In this document: one piece after another, positions 38,146-50,459 of the stretch | Layout: every line of letters starts with the position of its first letter | How positions within the stretch are numbered: position 1 is the first letter of the stretch | From: Hyaloraphidium curvatum SAG 235-1 | Lineage: Eukaryota; Fungi; Monoblepharomycota | NCBI GenBank assembly: GCA_025558095.1 | Contig: JAIVFI010000026.1 | Location: 62,001-126,000, forward strand | DNA: 64,000 nt | Direction: 5' to 3' | The notes under the pieces: model-generated | Seen by the model: the letters and a program-made list of their open reading frames with translations, nothing else | Database searches by the model: none | What the model was told of the DNA's origin: nothing | Program-made: the position numbers and the translations under genes

Positions 38146-40282
38146 TCCTTGGCGTCGGGCTTGTCGGGCGTCGCCTTCTTCAAGGCGAAGAACCCGAGCG
38201 GCGATGCATTGATCTGCGGTTTGAGGAGGAGCCGGTACGGGATATCAAGCGACTGCACGTGGGTTTGCAGCTGGTCCGTCTACAACGGAGAACGTCTCCT
38301 GCATGAGCGGTCTTGCCAAAGCGTGCCGGAGGGACGAGGACTTACGGTCGGGTTGAGTTCGAGGAATCTCAAGTTCTTGCCCTTGGCCTTGTGCTTCTTG
38401 GATGCCGGCCCCGGAAAGGGCGCGTACTCGTCGTCTTGGTGTTCATCCTCGGACTGCTCGTGCGTCCGCTTGTCCTTGCCCTTGGCCTTGTCCTTCTTGG
38501 ACGCCGGCTCCGGATCGTGCGCGTGCTCGTCGCCTTGGGGCTTCGGGGCGCTGCCGGCAGACGACACATCTGTCCACCGGACGGTAAATGCTGTTAGATG
38601 CGTCCGTCCTCGGCGCCGTTCGAGGTAAGCCTACCCCGGACACGCGGCTTCTTGGCTTTAGTCTCAAAGGCCCGTCCCCTCCCCCGCCCTCCTTTGCCAC
38701 GGCCCCGCTTCCGCGGCTCTGCCACAGCAGGCCCGCGGAGCTCTTCATCCTCGTCCTCGGAGTCCCCCTCCGGCGGGGGGTCGGGGAGCTGCCCGTCGTC
38801 CTCCGGCGGCGGCTGCGGGGCGACGACCGGGGGCGTCGCGGCGCGCGCCTCGGAGTCCTCCTCCGGCGGGGGGCCGGGGAGCTGCCGGTCGTCATCCAAC
38901 AGCCGCTTCTTGTAGACCTTGATGTGCTGCAAGGAAACGGAGTCAGTGGCCGCCCGTGGCGGTGGACGCTGCCCAGAAAACCACCTCGAAGATGGCCTTC
39001 TGCTGGTCGTCGTCCACCCCCGAAACCACCGTCTCGCCCGACGCCAACTTGCTCACGACGTCTTGCAGCCAAGAGGCCATCTCGGCATCGTCCGTGAGCT
39101 CGAGGAGCTGGCAGCGGAGTCAATCATGGCCCCGCTCCGGTCCAAGGGTCCGTGCGTGGAACACCCACATCCTTGAAAAAGTCCATAACGATGGGGCGCA
39201 CCGGCCCGCCCGCACGGACCACCGGCGCCTTGAAATACCGCTGGCCCCCATACTTTCTGCTGACTATCTCGCGACTATCAGCGGCCTTGTATAGCAGGTC
39301 CAGCTCTTCGATGACTTTGCTGCTGCGCTCCTTCTTGTAGTTGTCGATGTGCTGCAAGGGAAGGTCATTGGCCGCCGCCGGAAGGCACCGCTTACTGAAG
39401 CCCACCTGCGAGATGGCTTTCGCCCTCCGTTCATCCAGACTGCCCAACCGGACTCGCTTGTGCTTGAACTCGGTCTTCATCCATGCCGCGTAAGCCTTGG
39501 TGTCGAAGTCTGTAGTGATTTCGGCGAGCTAGCAGCGAAATCAGTGGTGGCCTAGCTTCGTTGGGGAATCTCGGAGACACCCACGTAGTCGAACAGGCCA
39601 ACGATGTCCGGGTGCGGGCCGCCGCCGGCCGCTTCGGGAACGTCGCAGGGTTCAACTTCTTTGCTAGCGAGCTGCCTCGCCAGCGTCGCTTTTAAGAGGT
39701 CGAGCGCGTTCGCCGGTTCGTCCGCCGGGACGGCCTGATCCTTCGGGTCGTCCTGGCCGCCGGAGGGCTCCTCTGCCGGTCGTGACAAAGGCGTTAGACA
39801 GCGCGCGACGCCGTTGCTGCTGGGCGTGGCTAACCCTCTCTCTGCTTGCCCTTGCCCTTCGTCTTCTTGACCGCGTTGGCCGGCTCCGTCGGCTCGCGCG
39901 GCCCGCCTGACGGGTCCTCTGCCGGTCGTGACAAGGCGTTAGACGGCGCGCAACGCCGTTGTTGGCCGTGGCTTACCCTCCCGAGGATTGGACTTGGCCT
40001 TCTTCTGCTTGGGCGCGTTCGCCTTGACCGCGAGCGACGCGTTCGCATGCGGCTTGGACTTGGCTTTTCGACTGGGCGACGTGGGGGCCGGTTGGTCTGC
40101 GCACCCGTATAGACGCATGTTCAAAGACTGCAGTGGCAGCCGGAGGCGAGTCTCGCGCGCGTACCCGCTGCAGGAGAAGGCACCCGGGCACCCGGGGTGA
40201 CCACGTCCCGGACCCGCGGCCTCGGGCGCCGCTGCGGCGGCGTCGTTGCTTCCGGCGCGGGCGCGGCACCCTTGGGGGGCAT
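37100..40282 (-). CDS. Transposon cargo: multi-exon basic/acidic nuclear-type protein with a C2H2 zinc finger
   Basis: Probable start MPPKG; NLS-like tracts, (DG)n repeat and CFVVGCQTRYSGTSQFHAHLLSAH; many canonical introns. Both ends uncertain. Confidence 0.5.
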
Positions 40283-40437
40283 CGCGTCGAGCGCGAGCGG
40301 AGGAAGAAGCCGGTTGCGGGAAAGAAGCCGGTTGCGGGAAAGAAGCAGAATGGAAAGGGAACGAAAAGGGATGAGCAGCGAACGAACGACACATCAAATT
40401 CTTAAGGTCGGGTTCTCGAGACGTACCATCTGGGGCC

Positions 40438-41340
40438 ATGGCGAACTTCCGGTGGAACGAACCCTGGGATCGGGGACTAGGTGCCGACGAAAGGGGCGCA
40501 GTGACTGGATTCGTTTTCACGAAGGTAACCCGGGAGCCTGGGGTTTCGGAGCTCGTGCGGCCCCTCGAGCCCGAGACCTGGCTAGGCGACGAAGCCTACC
40601 AACGGTGGCTCGAGCGCAGGGCCCAGTACTTTCCCGGAGTGGTGTTTCTCGACGGGCAGTTGACCCGTTTTGCCGTCGACATCTCCGCGGGGAACCCCGG
40701 CAACGCTTACCAAGCGTGGCGGAAGGTGGGCGTCGAGGGATACGTCCGCCAGAACATGCGCGCGAAGGGATACGAGCACGGCGTCGGCCGCGAAGAGAAG
40801 CATGTGCGCAGCGAAACGCGCTTCGCCATTTCACGACGCTGCTGGATGTTCCTCGCGCCGCTCTTTGTCAAGGAAAGGTCCCATTGGATCTTTGTCGCGT
40901 CGATGGCCCACTTCTTCGACCCAACTGCCGGCACGGGACGAGTGGGCACCTTCACGTTCGCTTTGGATCTCCTCTCGCGGTCTGGTTCACGGGCAGGGGT
41001 ACTTCGGGATGCCAGAGGCGTCGAACAGGTGGTGCACTCGATCCTCCGCATCGAGGGCTACGAGGTGGCGAAGGAGGAATCGTACTTGGACATTGATTTG
41101 GACGTCGGCGACGCCAAGCAGCTCGACGGGTCTGCATGCATGGTGTTTGCTATGGCCCACGTCGAGCTGTTCGCATCGCTCACCTTGGAAGGAGGAGGGC
41201 CCCACACTTGGGGTCCGTGGAATGCAGCAATCGTTCAAAAGAGACTGGAGGCATGGTACAAAGGCGCTGGGATCAGGCAGAGCGAAGTTCCCAAGTACAG
41301 GCACCATTTGGTAAAGGACATAGTGTTGGACATCATCTGA
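40438..41340 (+). CDS. Ulp1-like (peptidase C48) SUMO/Ubl protease, transposon cargo
   Basis: WLGDE, FLAPLF..SHW (His), ALDLL (Asp) and QLDGSAC (Gln/Cys) in C48 order. Confidence 0.8.
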   Translation: MANFRWNEPWDRGLGADERGAVTGFVFTKVTREPGVSELVRPLEPETWLGDEAYQRWLERRAQYFPGVVFLDGQLTRFAVDISAGNPGNAYQAWRKVGVEGYVRQNMRAKGYEHGVGREEKHVRSETRFAISRRCWMFLAPLFVKERSHWIFVASMAHFFDPTAGTGRVGTFTFALDLLSRSGSRAGVLRDARGVEQVVHSILRIEGYEVAKEESYLDIDLDVGDAKQLDGSACMVFAMAHVELFASLTLEGGGPHTWGPWNAAIVQKRLEAWYKGAGIRQSEVPKYRHHLVKDIVLDII

Positions 41341-41687
41341 GGTAGGCTCCCCCTTGGCACCTCTGCAATCGTCTTGCTGATTCGCAGGAGGGTGTGCCCA
41401 ATCCGGGAGATGCTTTCGGTTGGCTACCATGGTCGTCCGGCTTCTGGTGGCAGCGTTTACCGAACCGATGCGGGGCAACGCGACGTGGAATCACAGCAGA
41501 TGGCGCCCAGAACACGTCCGACGAAACTTGTTGGGTAATCCTATTTGTACAGGGAGTATAACCAACAATGTAGCTTAGCTTGCTTTGCCTATGCCGATGG
41601 CCACCGTGCGTGGCTCGCCAACCTGTCCGTCGATGCGGGTGCTGCGCCCCAACGAGGGCTGGCGTGCCCGGCGCAGCGGGTTCCCTT

Positions 41688-42378
41688 TCAATCGAGGCTG
41701 CTTGCCGCAGAAGATGAGATCCGATCGATTCCATCGGAAGAGGGGAGGTACGGCGGGGCGCCGGTGCCAAAGGCTCTCGCGCCTCGTGTGGAGCGGCTTC
41801 CGCGCCCCCAACGCGCCTGCCGTTGATCGTCCCGCGTTCTTTTCGCCTCCTCCTTTGCCCTGCGAGCATCCAGCTCGCGGTGGAACGAGGGCGAGTTCCG
41901 CCACGGGGAGCCCACCTCTCCGGGGGAGGACGTGTCCAGTTCGTGGGTGTCTTCGTAGGCCGAATCACCCGGGGACGCGCCGGGTCCCGCGTCGTCGTCG
42001 ACCGCTGCCAGATCCAGCCATCGGCTCACCGTGGCCACCGCCCGGCCGCGTTGATCAGAGCGCCGCGGCCCGGCCGGTCCTGGAACTGCCGCTTTCGAGC
42101 CGCGGCTGCCGTTGCTTGCCGGTCGGGCGGCCTCCTTGGGGGCGTTGCCACCAAGCGCAGCAGACGTTCGGCGCAAGTCGGGAAAATTACGCCAGCTCAA
42201 GGTCCGTCTGCGTGTCGTCGGGAGCCGTCTCCTTTTTCCTGAGCCGCCGTTTCGACGGCGGTTCCGCGTCCTCTTCGTCGCCGGAACGCGCGCCCGCGGT
42301 CTTGCCAGCGGCTTCGCGGCGGAGCCGGCGACGCTCGGCCGGGCCGACCGCCGCCGGTGACGAGGTTTCGGATGACAT
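41688..42378 (-). CDS. Small charged hypothetical cargo ORF (frame-disrupted or spliced)
   Basis: Overlapping ORFs 42187-42480 and 41688-42200 with NLS-like and acidic tracts. Confidence 0.3.
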
Positions 42379-42612
42379 AGTTTTCCAGAGAACCAGAGTC
42401 TGTTTGGCGAGCCCCGCGAAGACGCGATCCGCTGCGATACCGTTTTGTGTCCGCATGGAGTCCGCTTTTGATCTGCTCACTATCTACTTGCCATCCGCTT
42501 TGCTTCCCAATCCCATAACCTACCAGTTTGAGGCTAGGTTTCACATTCTCGTCGGCCGGCGCTAGTTTTCTCGAGGCACACAATCCGACCCCTTTTCTGT
42601 GCGCTGATACCG

Positions 42613-45600
42613 ATGAGAAGCCGGTGCCCTTGTTCAGGCTGTCGTGGCACGCATGCCCATCTGAATAGAACCATCAAGAAACACGTGAACGAGAGAGGCG
42701 TGTGCCACGAGTGGGGCTCCCTCGCGGACGGGGATCCGGCCCTTGGTGATCTCCTGGCGACGCACTTCTCGGCGAAAGCGTGGTTTTCACGGAAACACTA
42801 TACCAACGATTCCGCCGAGCGAAGAGTCCTCACAGCCTCTACGTGGGGTGCATCTGCTGATGACTTTGCACCGTCGCCCCCCGGCGAGGTCGCCGACCCT
42901 TCTCCCATCCATGATCCGGCGCAAAAGGCTCCGGACGTGACCACGCCTGCGGGCCAGACAAACGAGACGGCTGGTTCCGACTTTGCGGATAGTGGATCCG
43001 AGACGTCTGCTTCGGACTCTGCCTTCGGATCTGCACATGAATCGGAATCCGACTCTGCACTGGAATCAGACTCAGACACGGAACCCGACGCGGAACTGAA
43101 CGATTTCCACGAGTCGGATTTCGCAGAATCGGACTACGGAAGCGATGATGAGGCCTTTCTTCAAGGAATTGAGGAATCCCAGGAGGACTGGAGGAAGGCA
43201 AACGAAGAGGAGCATCGGCGGCGGATGGAACACCGGAAAAGGGAGGAGGAAGCAGCGGCGGACAATGCCAAGGACTTTTTCTTCTCTTTCCAGGGCAGCG
43301 GTTCCATCCAGACGGCTCACCCGAGCTTCAAGTCCGACGAGCACGTAATACGATTTCTCACCGCGGAACGGCTTCACGTGGAATACAAAGGGACAGAAGA
43401 CCATTACACCGACTTCATGACCAACCTTCTCGGTGATGCATCGGTGTCCCGCTACATGGCCGGGGTGCGGCTTGCCGCACTCTCGGGGGGTTATGCTTAC
43501 GAGAGTGAGACCACTCTCTCTACCGTGCGTGATCGGCTCCTTATTGCGCTACCCACAGGACATCATGTTTGCCGCAACGGATGCGTACTTTTCCATGGCA
43601 TTGACAGCAGGAGTGGCATGGACTTGGCCAAGGCCGTTGCCTGCCCCATCTGCCAAGCTGCCCGATACCTCAGGCATCCTTCCGACCGCCGTGGAGACAC
43701 TGGTACAGCACACAAGTACGCTTTCTACTTCCCCATAATCCCCGTCCTGCGAGCCATGTTCGGCCACTTGGGCCGGGCTAAAGAACTCAAATGGTGGTAC
43801 GGCTATTTCACCGAGATGTTGGGGCGGTTGCAGCACGAGATCGAACAGCAGCAGGCTGCTGCCGAGCGAGAGCAGGAACATGCGCGTCAGGGGGGAAAAC
43901 AAGGGAAGGGAAAGCAGAAACTGCAGCCGCAGCCGCAGTCACAGCCGTCACAGCAGCGCCCAGCAGCAGGCCGTGTCGTTGGGGACGTATTTGACGGAAC
44001 GGAGTTCCAGCGACTGATCGACGAAGGATTCGCGAATGACGACTCTGGAAATCTCGATCCCCGCACCGTCTGGCTCGAGATCAGCGGTGATCCCGCCGAA
44101 ATGTTCAAGCAGTGAGTTCATCCTACCATCCAATCCGTGTGGATGGACTGATCCGACCACAATAACAGGGCGAAGAACACGTTCGAACCCGTGCTTGCCA
44201 AGATATCCAACCTCCCGCCCGGCATCCGAACTGTTGATGGTGGTCAGCACCTCTGCATGCTCCTCCCCGGTGGGATGAAGTGGGATCACGAGTCGGTCAT
44301 CCGCCCGCTGCGGGAGGAGCTGCAGCAGCTGGCAGAAGGTGTGCCCGGGGTCAAGGATGCGTCCGACGGGGTCACTTTTACTATGCGCGGCCACGCGTAC
44401 ATGGTGCAAGCAGATGCGCCGCACATCAAGAAGATGGCAGGGTCTCGGGGACACAACGCGACCGTATCTTGTATGTTCTGTGGATTGGTTGGGTACGGGC
44501 GGTGCCCGTGCCTTCACCTGCCGGACGTGGCAAACGTGAAGCTGAGTGAGGCCTACGGGAAGCGTGGAGGCCGGATCGACTACGACCCGGAGAACCTTCC
44601 GATGTACACTGTCGAGACGTATGCTTCGACGTACGCCCGACTTGAGGCTCCCAAAGCGGCAATTGACAAGATCCAGAAGGAAACGGGTGCGTGCACCGGC
44701 GGCGGCGAGATAAGCTCGCGTACCTGACTTGGCGCTCGCCTCCTGCTGCTGCTGGTACCGCAGGTATCATGCGTCGCTCCGTGTTCGACATTTGCTTCTC
44801 GAATCAGGGTCTCCCGGTCACGCGCACTGCGTTCGGCGCGATGCGGCTTCCGCACTGCCTCGCGTACGACCGGATGCACCAGGTTGCTGGCAACGTCCAA
44901 CGCCTTTACCAGAGAACACTGAAGCCGAAGATGGGGAAGAAAGAATGGAAAAAGTTCGCGAAGGAGATGGCCAAGAAGCACAAGATCAACGTCAAACCCA
45001 CCCACATCACGGATTCCTCGCACCACTGCCAAGGGATGACGACGCAGGAGTACAACACGGCCGTCAACTCCAGGGACACTCCATCCGCCAGATGCCGTCT
45101 GACACCTCGTCAGATCGAGGAGATGGACCATGATATCGTGGCTTCGGCGCTTCTCCTCCCAAGCTGTTTCGGGCGCGTTCCCCGCAGCTTGGTCCACGAG
45201 AATGGGTACAAGACGGAGGAGTGGTTCACCCTCTTGAAACTGTACTATGTTCCCCTCCTCCATGATCGCCTGCTCCCCGAGGACTTTGAGGGCATCGCGT
45301 GGCTTGTTCGAATTGGACAGCTCACGGCGAAGCACCGCGTGGATACCGGTCTTTTGCACGAGGCTTGCTTAAGATACGTTCTCTGGCGCGAGGGGTGGGT
45401 GCGTGATTCTCAGCATTTAGTATTACCAGTAACACGCACCCGCCGCCCCCACCTCGCTCTGCTGCTCAGGACGTGCTATGATCGATCCGAGGAGGTCATG
45501 GGTGACGTCTGCACGTACAATCTGCACACGTTCCTGCATTTTGCGGAGCGGGTCGATTGTAACGGGGCTCCGTGGGCAACGTCCCAATTCCAAACAGAGC

Positions 45601-46605
45601 GAAAGATCAACGTTTTGCAACAATTGGTCGACAACCGCCGGGCGCCCATAGCGGACATGGCCGGCAAAGTTCAGGGCCAAACTCGGCTTGAGCTGGTGAA
45701 GATGGACCCTCGAATGGAGACAGCCTTCGTCGACCAGCGAAAGCTCCAGCGGAAACAGTTCGGAAAGATCTACACCGGCACAGGCTTCGAATTGCGATGG
45801 CCGTACCGGGTACACCGGGAAGAAGAGGTTGGTTGGTTGCAATAACCGTTTTCTGGGGCACTAAGCATCCAAACAACGTCCCCGCACACGGCGGTAGGGC
45901 CTCAAAAAGGTTCAGATCAAAGCGCTCCTCCGATACTACCGAAAGGGTGGCACCTGGGGGGGGTATCTTGCCAAAGACGACATCTCCCGCGCCTTTCGCC
46001 AGTTTGCCAGGCTTGAACTACCGGGCAAGGCGACTTTTGGCTCGGTGATGTCTTCGGGGAAGCCCGCGAGACGGCTCCCTTTGGTGTCTCACCGGGTCCA
46101 GGCAATCAACCGGACACGGCGCCTCAACCACATGGCTGCGTTCGACGATCCGGATCATCCTGGAGTCGAACGTTTTGGTTTCGTGCATTACTACATCGTG
46201 CACGAAGTGCAGGGCGAGGAGCATGCCTTTGCGTGGATGTCGGTCATCAAGGCGGCCGGTTTCGACGCGGCGGCGGGGTGGGGAATCAAATACTTCCAGT
46301 TTCAGAGAGACGGCTCTCACATGGAACATATGTTAGTGCCTGTCACCTGCCTGGACCGCCTCGTCGGGCTTTTGAGGCGCTGGGTAGGTGACCCGACCGT
46401 GGCTTCGACCGCGTTGGAGCCCACCGACTGGGGTTCGGACCCGATGGCCAGGGAATGGCATTACATTCTCGACCTCAACTGGATGATTGATCCCCGGGAT
46501 TATGTGAGTCCAGAAGCTCGTGCAAGGGAGAAGGTTCTGGGTGCGGCGAGGAAACAAAAGACTAGGGAACTCAAAAAGCGGATCAAGAAGCCGGATTCGG
46601 TGTGA
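42613..46605 (+). CDS. CMC/EnSpm-type (Transposase_21-like) DDE transposase, spliced
   Basis: CRNGC..CPIC..RY, YFPIIP.L, DVFDG, ISGD, NLPP, ADAP..GHNA..C..C, DRMH, KTEEW, NLH..LH, QFQTER. Introns at about 44112, 44687, 45395 and 45828 restore the frame. Confidence 0.9.
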
Positions 46606-46819
46606 CGATGTGCTGCCGAACGCCTATGGCGGAATCTATATCGCAGCTACGTTGCTCCGCTATCCGTCTGACTGTAGTCCGTTTTGTCCTAGTTGTGTCT
46701 GTTTGCGATCTGCATGTAGTCCGCTTTCACTCCTAACCCTGTTTTCACTGATCGCCTCACTCCCTTGGAGCCCATCGACCAGCAGTGTAGGTCTCTTCGC
46801 CACCCAACAAAACGGTTCA

Positions 46820-48791
46820 ATGATTACTTCGGTGGACGGTGCCGGCGAAGAAGGCGGCGCGGCTGCGGCGCCCCCCCTTGGCCCAACGCGACAAACGAGT
46901 CAGGTCGACGAATTCGGCGAGGAAGCACACACAGGCAGCAGCGGCGACACGGCTGTCGCATCCCCGAAACCCTGCGGTATTGCACAGTCCCGCGCCGCCG
47001 GAACCAAGGAGGATCTCGTTAAAGTGCGGCCGATTCTCATCCCGTTCCATTCGAAAGTCTGACAACAATGTGCAACAGGCGCTGCTCTCGCTGGCCGTGT
47101 CGATGGGGCGCCGGCTGTCGGATGTCGCGCCGGACAATGGAGCCGTGCGTGGCCTCATCCGCGCTGTCTGCCAGGACGTTCCTCTGCCGACTGTGGCGGA
47201 TCTGGTCAGCGAGGTTCATCGGCGCGTGGCCAGCCTGCTCAAGACCTGCTCCGGCCATCTCCTGGTCTCGTTCGTCGCCGATGACGGTACGGCAATGGAC
47301 GTCAAAGACCCAACGTCTCTCAAGCTCGTGGTCGAGTTTTTGTCCGAGGATTGGAAGCTTTTTCAGGCTGTCGTTGGCGAGCGAATCGCTCGCAACGGGA
47401 GCGTTTCGTTCGACATGATCAAGAGCATGATTGTGGACGAGCCCCTGGCCAGGCACGTGGCGCTGCTTGAGAACGAAGTAGGACACGCGCCCTGCTGGGG
47501 CAACTCCCGCATTGTGTCACCGACAAACGACCCGCGTGCAGATCGTAACAATTACAATGGCGATCCCCCCTGGCTTCCTCAGTGGTCAGCAGACCCCACG
47601 CCTCGAGCATGACCGCTTCGAGCTTCTCGGCTACGGAATCAAGCCGTGGCTCTTCCGGGTGCGGGAGCTCGTCCGTAAAGCGCAAAAGGCCATGCCCTAC
47701 CCGACCTCCTCCCTACCGCCACCAGCGACTATGTTTCATCTCCGGTGCGTGAGGGCGCGCGGTATGCGTGCATGTCGATGCTTGCTGACTCGATTTTCGT
47801 TTCACCACTTGCTCGCCAAGGCAAGCGCTCGTCAACGCTTGGGAAGCTGTGCAAGATTACGATCTGCGGGACACTCCGAGGGACGACGGTCGACGCCTAC
47901 ATCAACGCGGGCTCATTGCAGCGGCACTGATTGACTTACGAGTCCTATTGCATGATGCCCAAGTGGATCTGATTGACCGGACCAAGAGTCGCGGCCTTGC
48001 AGACCTCCCAAAACTGCAGCTGGAGCAAGCTGCCGAGCTCCTAAGTACGGCAGACAAGGAACTCAAGTCTGCAATTGAATCGAACGAGCGTTATGTCCTC
48101 CTTTGTATGGGTGAGCTTCCAGCAGCGTTGTCGCGACTGGTCCATTCGAGGGCTCCTATTGATCTTGCGGTCCTGGGCAGTGCTTAACCCGAACATGAGG
48201 CTCACGTGGCTGTCCCGAAAGATTGCCGCCGTCCAAGACGCCTTAAAGCATGCCGTCATCCGGTCGCAACTGGAATCGTACAAGAAGACCGCCATGGAAA
48301 TGCTCATTTCAGCAGCAAGCGCGATCACAAACGACGCCGCTCCCGTCGCCACCGCGCGTCCGTACACCAAGCCGCGCGCTTCACTTAGGCATAACCATCT
48401 CCAAGATATCGAGGATTTCGCGGTACAGGCTCGTCGGCAGAACCACGGCAAGAGCGAGGCCGTGGTCTACATCAACGAGTCGGTCAGTGCCAACCGCGAG
48501 GAACTGATCGACATCCCCGGCTATTGGAAGGTAGGACGCGTAGTGTTTCGCCAGAGGGCAGCCTGGGAAGGCCGATTGACGCACCCTTTGTCACAGGAAA
48601 ACCGCGAGCGATTCCCGGAGCTCTACGGCATCGCGAGAGAGGTGTTCTCGTTCCCTTTGGAGGCCGGCCTTGATCATTACATAGCCCTCGACCAGTGGGT
48701 GGCAGGCGGTACATATGACGACGAGCAAGCACGGATGGGGCACCTTAGGTGCTGGCTGGGCATTACGGAGACCGGCGAAATGTTTTCTTAA
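46820..48791 (+). CDS. Divergent hAT-transposase-derived gene (cargo), spliced
   Basis: VSFVADDGT...VVEFLSEDWKL resembles the hAT S..D.WT...HFI..DWKL motif; IPGYWK-ENRERFPELYGIAREVFSFP resembles the hAT dimerisation domain. Confidence 0.65.
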
Positions 48792-48997
48792 CAATTCGTA
48801 CTTTGCGTCGCCCTCGCCTTCCGAATCGGTTCTTTGGAACCTCCACGGGTCTCTAAGAGACACCTCCAAAGGCACGTGCACAGAGAGGTGGTTAGTTTGG
48901 ACGCCGGCGACCTAACGCCAAGTAGATGTGATGCAGAGTTGATGCGGACAGAAAGCGGACTGCATGCGGAAGGCAAGCAGACTTTAGGAAGAAGAAC

Positions 48998-50131
48998 CTA
49001 TACATCGATCTTCTTCGCCTTCCCTAACAACCTCGCGGATGTTGCGCGAGTCGGCTGCTTGGGCCGGTGCCCCTTCAGAAAGCCGGAGATCACTCTTCGC
49101 GATTCCGCGTCGGACTCCGGAACCTCGCTCTCGCGGATCCAGATCCGCTTCGGTTTGCGGGTGCGCCGTCCACTGCGTGCCCATCCTTCGTACGCGCTCT
49201 GACGCGTGACGTTGAGCTCCAGGCCGAACCCGTCACCAGGGTCCCGGACTCGGTGTACCTTCACCACCGGTGTCGGCAACCTGCACGGCGTGGGCTTCTC
49301 GTCAAGTTTGTGTTCCAGCCGCGCGACCATGGAGTTCCCAATGAAACCGGGCGACGCATAGTTAAGCAGAACCTCGTCATGGTAGGAAATGTTGCGCGAG
49401 GCGACCACTCGGGCCCCCCAAAGGTTCTCCACCTTGACCGGCTTGCCCAAAAACACCGCATTGCGCTTCTGATGGTCCTGTGCATAATTGGCGAAGCGCA
49501 GGATGGAACCTCGATTGGCCCCGTCAACCGAAAATCCCAAAGCTTGAATGAAAAGAACATAGTCCCCGCATGAGCTCTTCGCACACGTGGTTCCTTTGTA
49601 GGTGCCCAGCACGTCGCCCTTGCGGAACGCGGTGCCTGCGGCAGACCGCCCACAAAGGGACCGCTGCAAGATCAGCTGCGCCTCGGCGGCACTAGTGCGC
49701 CACGTGGCCGTCGGTGAGCTGTCGAAGTGCGCCATTGGGCACAACGGACAGGCGACGTAAAGTCCGAATCCGATGCCTCCGGCTTCGTTGACAGCAGGCA
49801 ACGCAACCAGGCGGGGGTCGTCCGCAGGTCCCTGCAGCACAGCGCGCGGGTCCCGGCCACCAGGAGCGCGGGCGCAACGGGGCAATTGGTGGGCCGGAGA
49901 CGCTCGATGGCCATCCCAGGCCTCCGGCGTCTGCGTGTCCGTCGAAGCCCCATTTTCCGTGTCGCTGGCAGTCCCGTCGGCCGAGACCACGGGCGGCGAG
50001 ATGCCCCGTGCGACCACGCGGCGGGCGCGCTGCTGAAGGCGCTTCTTTTCCAGCACCTGGCGGCGCTCCTCGGCCCGCCGTGCCCGCAGCACTCGTGAGC
50101 GCTCAGTTGAACTGTTCAGCGTCTTTGCCAT
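48998..50131 (-). CDS. SET-domain protein (cargo)
   Basis: GFGLYV, FRKGDVLGTYKG, VDG..RGSILRFANY, VVASRNI...EVLLNY. Confidence 0.75.
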   Translation of the reverse strand: MAKTLNSSTERSRVLRARRAEERRQVLEKKRLQQRARRVVARGISPPVVSADGTASDTENGASTDTQTPEAWDGHRASPAHQLPRCARAPGGRDPRAVLQGPADDPRLVALPAVNEAGGIGFGLYVACPLCPMAHFDSSPTATWRTSAAEAQLILQRSLCGRSAAGTAFRKGDVLGTYKGTTCAKSSCGDYVLFIQALGFSVDGANRGSILRFANYAQDHQKRNAVFLGKPVKVENLWGARVVASRNISYHDEVLLNYASPGFIGNSMVARLEHKLDEKPTPCRLPTPVVKVHRVRDPGDGFGLELNVTRQSAYEGWARSGRRTRKPKRIWIRESEVPESDAESRRVISGFLKGHRPKQPTRATSARLLGKAKKIDV

Positions 50132-50459
50132 GGTCGCTGTTTCCCTGGGGCTCTGCATGGGCATGGGAGGTGTTTGTGTTTTTTCCAAAACTGCGCCGAC
50201 CCGTCCCGCACAGTTGTGAGTCCACTGAAGCCCATGATTACACTCTTTCATGTGTCGGCCAGATGTCGGAACGAATGGCGAGCTATCGTTTGTGTCACAC
50301 TATTGATCTGCATGACTTCCTGAGGGTTTCTGTTCGTTGTCGACCTTGTTGTCTGTATGCGATCCGGAAAGATTCTGTTTCGCGATCCGCACATGTTTGC
50401 TTTCTATCACAACTGCGCTTGGAAAACACTACGTTGCACCCAATCACATGCCGACAACT

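Noticed and set aside
40437-40440. Two opposite-strand ORFs starting from the same CATG
   Set aside because: The minus-strand gene more plausibly starts at 40282 (MPPKG).
45828-45909. Apparent truncation of the transposase at 45845
   Set aside because: A GT..AG intron here joins it in frame to VQIKALL..FARLELPG and the 46045-46605 ORF.
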